Positions 59,675 to 64,000 of a stretch of DNA of 64,000 bases are shown in pieces (the stretch's first letter is position 1; every line of letters begins with the position of its first letter). The position numbers were made by a program, and so were the translations under genes. Location of the stretch: assembly GCA_965238275.1 (NCBI GenBank), contig OZ250186.1, positions 576,001-640,000 of the forward strand, written 5' to 3'. This DNA comes from Nitrosopumilus sp. (GTDB lineage Archaea; Thermoproteota; Nitrososphaeria; Nitrososphaerales; Nitrosopumilaceae). A model generated the notes under the pieces. The model made no database searches. It saw only the letters and a list, made by a program, of their open reading frames with translations, and was not told the origin of the DNA.

Positions 59675-60994
59675 TTATCTCAGCTTGACGTACTCGTAGG
59701 CGCCAAGACCGTCGTTAAAACAGAACCTGACCTTCTGGTAGTCTCTTCTGAACGCCTTAATCTTTGGGCGTATCCTCTTTGGATCCTTTCGGTCTATTAC
59801 TACCTGCTTGATGAATGAGGCAATCTCCTGCATCTGGTCCTTCTTCATTCCAAGGCGGGTGATCTCTGAAACCCCGAGCCTGATTCCGCCCGGGTGGAAG
59901 TAGTTTCTCCCCGCCTTTATATCTCCGGGAATGAGCTGCCTGTTTACTATTATGTTGGCCTTCTCCAACTCGGCCTCGACCAAACCCCCGTCTGAGTAGT
60001 TTAGAACGTTGACTGCAATCTGGTGTGACTCTGTAAACCCCCTGTCCTCGCCAAGTACCTTGAATCCTGCATTACTGAGTGATTCTGCAAGCACCCTTGC
60101 ATTTTTTATGACCTGGTCTGCATATTTTACTCCAAATTCCAGAGCCTCCGCAAAGGCGACTGCCTTTCCTGCCATGTTGTTGATGTGATGGCTGCTTGTA
60201 AGACCGGGAAATATCGTCTTCTTTATGGCCTCCTCATGCGTCTTGGAGCCCAATACCAGCCCGCCCTGGGGCCCAAACAGGGTCTTGTGCGTACTCATGG
60301 TCATGGTGTCTGCACCCTCCCTGAGCGGATCCTGAAACCTGTGGCCCGCTATCAGCCCTGCAACATGGGCAGCGTCATAATTGATGTGGACATTGTGGCT
60401 CTTTAGGACGTCTGACAGCTCCCTGACCGGGTGTGGAAACAGGAAGAGGGAACCGCCAAACATCGCAATTTTTGGAAGGCGGCCGTCCTTGTCCAACTGT
60501 GCGATCTTCTTCTTTGTCTTGTCAACATCAATTGTCATCTCCTCTGCATTAAACGGATAAAACTCGATCTCCAACCCGTGAACCAGCCCCGCGGTCCCCG
60601 AATGCTCCCTCTTGCCATGTGATATGTGACCTCCGGCAGGAATGGATGGCGCCAGCATCACGTCTCCGGGATTTGAGTACGCCGAGTAGATGGCAAGGTT
60701 TGCAATGACGCCTGAGATTGGCCTGACATCTGCGAATTCGGCCTTGTAGAGTTTCTTTGCCAGATCTGTACACTCTACTTCTACCTCATCAATGTAGGTG
60801 CATCCAGCATAGACCCTCTCCCCAGGCCATCCTTCCGCATATCTGTTGCCAAAGTCAGAGACCACCGCCTCCCGTACAGCCGGGCTGGGGACGTTCTCAC
60901 TTGCAATCAGCGGGATCAATTCTTCAAACCACCTGTGATGCTTCTTTAACTTTGAGAAGATTCTGTTGTATGATTCCCTGTTTTGGCCTGCCAT
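59675..60994 (-). CDS. glyA: Serine hydroxymethyltransferase
   Basis: LIASEN, YAEG, GGHISH, YDAAH, STHKTLFGPQGG, GIRLG. Confidence 0.96.
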   Translation of the reverse strand: MAGQNRESYNRIFSKLKKHHRWFEELIPLIASENVPSPAVREAVVSDFGNRYAEGWPGERVYAGCTYIDEVEVECTDLAKKLYKAEFADVRPISGVIANLAIYSAYSNPGDVMLAPSIPAGGHISHGKREHSGTAGLVHGLEIEFYPFNAEEMTIDVDKTKKKIAQLDKDGRLPKIAMFGGSLFLFPHPVRELSDVLKSHNVHINYDAAHVAGLIAGHRFQDPLREGADTMTMSTHKTLFGPQGGLVLGSKTHEEAIKKTIFPGLTSSHHINNMAGKAVAFAEALEFGVKYADQVIKNARVLAESLSNAGFKVLGEDRGFTESHQIAVNVLNYSDGGLVEAELEKANIIVNRQLIPGDIKAGRNYFHPGGIRLGVSEITRLGMKKDQMQEIASFIKQVVIDRKDPKRIRPKIKAFRRDYQKVRFCFNDGLGAYEYVKLR

Positions 60995-61076
60995 ATACGT
61001 CCGTGTAACGATTCCCAATTTAAAAACACCGTCGCGGGACTGGAATGCAGGCCGCATGCCCGTCTCGGGCCGTCAT

Positions 61077-62408
61077 TTACTTCCTTGTCACGAATCCGCC
61101 CCCTGTAGGGTCCGGAGGTGGTATGCGCTTGGATCTGCCCAACCCTATGGTTGTAATGACTACCGATGAAAGGATGATAAAGAATATGATCTGCGGATAT
61201 GCCTCTGCATTGGGCAGGCCCAGGGTTACAGGATATGTGGCAAGTACGGCAGCTGCCAACCCCCTTGGAATCATCGAAGTTGTTACCACCTTGTCCAGCC
61301 TTGAGAATCTCTTTGTCAGGGTAATCCGGACAATTATCGACCGCCCAAAGTATACTGCCACCGTAATCAGAACCCCAAATATGACATACTCTATTTGTCC
61401 AAAACTTGCCATCAACCCCACAAACACGAAGAAGAACGATCTTATCAGAAACGTCAGCTGGTTGTGCGTGGGATCGTCTGTCTCGATCTTTGGAAGCTTG
61501 AATCTGAGAACCCGGGCAAGATGGCTCTTGTTTCCAAGCATCAGACCAAACACCAGTGCCGTCAACGCCCCGGACTCTCCAAACGAGGTTGCAAAGAAGA
61601 ACAAGACAAACAGAATCCCCAAGGTAAGCATGTAGGCGTGCTGGACGTTTCCAAGCTTCGTGGTTATGTACATCCAGGGAACCCCCACACCCAACCCCAA
61701 GGCCAAGCCCACTACGACTGCCCTTCCAAACGTCTCCTGTATGGTCTGCAGGTCAAACTGTCCTGCAAGCACGGCCTCAAAGAGGACGAATGCAATTATC
61801 GTGGCCAGAATATCAGTCAGTGCCGATTCGAAGCTGAGCATGGACTTTGTCTCATCTCCAATCTTGATGTTCCTGACGAGGCCGAAGACTATGACCGAGC
61901 TGCTTCCGCCTACGATGGAGCCCAGCAGAATGCTGTCCAGAATGGGCCACGCCAGGATGTAAAAGGCAGCAGCAGCAATCATGGCCACTGACAGGATAAA
62001 ACCCAAAACCGCCAGAACCACTGAAAAATGCGCAGTCTTGATTACATGCTTGATGTCGAGATTCAACCCCCCGTCAAACATTATGATTATCAGGGCAAGT
62101 GCGGCAAAATAAGGCACGATCTGAATGACTGCTTCCGGCCCGATTATTCCAAGAACCGGCCCGATCAACACCCCGAAGATCATCAGGAATATGATGTCTG
62201 GGACTCCCGTCTTCTTGAAGAACGCCTCGCCTGCAACCCCCAGAAGAATTACGACCCCTGCAGTAAGCAGCAGCACCTCGGCTGAGGCTATCTGTCCATT
62301 CTGAACCGTCAGCGATTCCACTGTGCTGCGCAGATCCACAACCTTGTCTAGGATCATACTCACGCCTATATCTGGCAATTGGATCCTCTCAACCTGTTCG
62401 CTTATCAT
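61077..62408 (-). CDS. Cation:proton antiporter (CPA1/NhaP-like)
   Basis: Many TM helices; FDGGL, FESALTD, PRGLAAAVLA; start position uncertain. Confidence 0.88.
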   Translation of the reverse strand: MISEQVERIQLPDIGVSMILDKVVDLRSTVESLTVQNGQIASAEVLLLTAGVVILLGVAGEAFFKKTGVPDIIFLMIFGVLIGPVLGIIGPEAVIQIVPYFAALALIIIMFDGGLNLDIKHVIKTAHFSVVLAVLGFILSVAMIAAAAFYILAWPILDSILLGSIVGGSSSVIVFGLVRNIKIGDETKSMLSFESALTDILATIIAFVLFEAVLAGQFDLQTIQETFGRAVVVGLALGLGVGVPWMYITTKLGNVQHAYMLTLGILFVLFFFATSFGESGALTALVFGLMLGNKSHLARVLRFKLPKIETDDPTHNQLTFLIRSFFFVFVGLMASFGQIEYVIFGVLITVAVYFGRSIIVRITLTKRFSRLDKVVTTSMIPRGLAAAVLATYPVTLGLPNAEAYPQIIFFIILSSVVITTIGLGRSKRIPPPDPTGGGFVTRK

Positions 62409-62577
62409 ACCAAGAACTGTTAAGATTGTAGGATTCAACAGCTGTACCCACACAAGTACCGATAAAAATCAAACTCCGTTCACACCGGCATATACCTGTG
62501 CGTGCGACTGCAGTTCTGTTGCCAGCCCGTCCTGACTACGATACAGATAAAGTCAGCTGCGTCGGTGCACGTGTCAA

Positions 62578-63120
62578 TTGAGCGCTACAGAGACGCTAAG
62601 GGAGGATCACCGGCAGATCAAACGCTTGGACCGGATTATTATCCGGTGTTATACGGAGCTGTATGCAGGCAGGGAGATCCCCCTTGCAGACATTGAAAAG
62701 ATTGCAAAAATAATGGATGACTTTCTAGACTCGATCCACTATTCAAGGGAGGAGGATGCATACTTTCCGTGCGTTGCAAGCTACGATCACCTCAAAAACG
62801 AGATCAGGGGGCTGCTCATAGAACACGAGTTCTCTAGGCGCATTGCTGCGAAGATCAAAAAACACCTCCGGGCTTGGAGGGAGGGAACGGATGCAAGGGA
62901 GCCTGTGGCAAGGTACCTCAAGACATACTCCGTATATCTGGCAGACCACATGGCCAAGGAGGAGGCCTTCTTTGACAGGGCCGCATCAGAGGTTCTCTCA
63001 AAGGAGGAGGAATACGACATGTATGATCAGTTCAAGTCAGTCATGGCAGTATCGATTGGCGTGGATGCGATGATCAGGGAAATAGAATATCTGGAGATGC
63101 TGCCCTGGGCCCGTGACTAG
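62578..63120 (+). CDS. Hemerythrin-domain protein
   Basis: LREDH, HYSREE..FP, EH, HMAKEE. Confidence 0.88.
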   Translation: MSATETLREDHRQIKRLDRIIIRCYTELYAGREIPLADIEKIAKIMDDFLDSIHYSREEDAYFPCVASYDHLKNEIRGLLIEHEFSRRIAAKIKKHLRAWREGTDAREPVARYLKTYSVYLADHMAKEEAFFDRAASEVLSKEEEYDMYDQFKSVMAVSIGVDAMIREIEYLEMLPWARD

Positions 63121-63157
63121 CGCAAACTCTTTATGGGCTGTCTTGAGACTCGTTCCC

Positions 63158-63673
63158 ATGAAACCCTTCGTTCTCTGGATGACCGGCCTGCCATGCTCCG
63201 GCAAGACCACCATTGTAAAGGATCTGCAAAAGGACATTCCAAACCTTGCAATGCTTGACGGGGACGAGCTTCGGGAATGGTTCTCTCCCAAGGACTTTTC
63301 AAAGGCCGGACGGGACGAACACAACAAACGGGTTGCGCATCTGGCAAAACTACTGCTAAGGCATGGGGTTCCAAGCGTAGTCTCCTTGGTGTCACCGTAC
63401 CTAGAGAACAGATCAAGTGCTAGGTCGATTGTGGATGCAAGCAACCAGTTTGCCGAATGCTATGTGAAATGCTCGCTTGAAAAATGCGAGGAGAGGGATG
63501 TCAAGGGCATGTATGCCAAGGCAAGGAGAGGAGAGATCAAGGGGTTTACCGGAATTGATGATCCATACGAGGCTCCGGAGAACGCCGACCTCATAGTTGA
63601 CACCGAACACGAGTCCCTCTCAGACAGCGCAGACAGGGTAAGAGGCTTTCTCAGTGAGAGAGGCCTGCTTTGA
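63158..63673 (+). CDS. cysC: Adenylyl-sulfate kinase
   Basis: WMTGLPCSGKTT, LDGD, RDVKGMY, FTGIDDPYEAP. Confidence 0.95.
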   Translation: MKPFVLWMTGLPCSGKTTIVKDLQKDIPNLAMLDGDELREWFSPKDFSKAGRDEHNKRVAHLAKLLLRHGVPSVVSLVSPYLENRSSARSIVDASNQFAECYVKCSLEKCEERDVKGMYAKARRGEIKGFTGIDDPYEAPENADLIVDTEHESLSDSADRVRGFLSERGLL

Positions 63674-64000
63674 AATCCTTTAGAATCCTTTCATGAACCA
63701 GTCCGTTTGTAACCAGAATCCCGTTCCGATGCCGTACATCCATGTTGTTGTACGTGATGTCGTTCCCTGACATGTCAGTCATACTCCCCCCGGCCTCCAA
63801 TATGATGCAGTACGAAGCTGCAGTGTCCCACTCCTTCATCATGGTAGTGGTGGTAATGTATACCTCGGCCAGGCCGGAACCGATCTTTGCAACCTTTAGC
63901 GAGCTGCCAATACTTGTAAAATCATCAATACCCAGACTCCTGATAAACGCCTTCTCCGCCGGAGACAGATGGTGCCTTGAGCCCACCGCCCTGCACTCTG
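63651..64000 (-). CDS. cysQ: 3'(2'),5'-bisphosphate nucleotidase CysQ family (N-terminus outside the window)
   Basis: SRHH, IGSSLK, EWDTAA..EAGG..D, YN. Confidence 0.85.
   Translation of the reverse strand, partial: ECRAVGSRHHLSPAEKAFIRSLGIDDFTSIGSSLKVAKIGSGLAEVYITTTTMMKEWDTAASYCIILEAGGSMTDMSGNDITYNNMDVRHRNGILVTNGLVHERILKDFKAGLSH

Overview
This window is an archaeal chromosome segment, almost certainly from the Nitrosopumilaceae (ammonia-oxidising Thaumarchaeota). The evidence is PolD, Cdc6, multiple TFBs, the thermosome, GGGP synthase, a CFI-box-CTERM protein and cobalamin genes. By eye the GC content is about 50%; together with the heavy load of small mobile elements, this suggests a host-associated lineage (inference). 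Most of the window is housekeeping: tyrS, pcn, rpoL, tfs, prs, rnz, cca, glnA, thermosome, cdc48, hsp20, PolD DP1/DP2, cdc6, glyA, cysC and tRNA-Pro(GGG). It contains the probable replication origin at about 53.2-53.65 kb, with four ORB-like boxes. The origin region also carries a cluster of GTTAAC palindromes and three uncharacterised HTH-type genes, one membrane-anchored and embedded in an ATCAC/GTGAT-rich tract. Mobile elements resolved at base level are an IS200/IS605 (IS1341-type) tnpB element, an intact IS5-family IS, and at least four MITEs, two of them nested. There is also an unusual tnpB bounded by terminal inverted repeats with TA flanks, inactivated by a MITE inserted next to the RuvC-II catalytic Glu. 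Several exact tandem duplications are present. No CRISPR array was found. All calls come from reading motifs by eye; no database searches were run.
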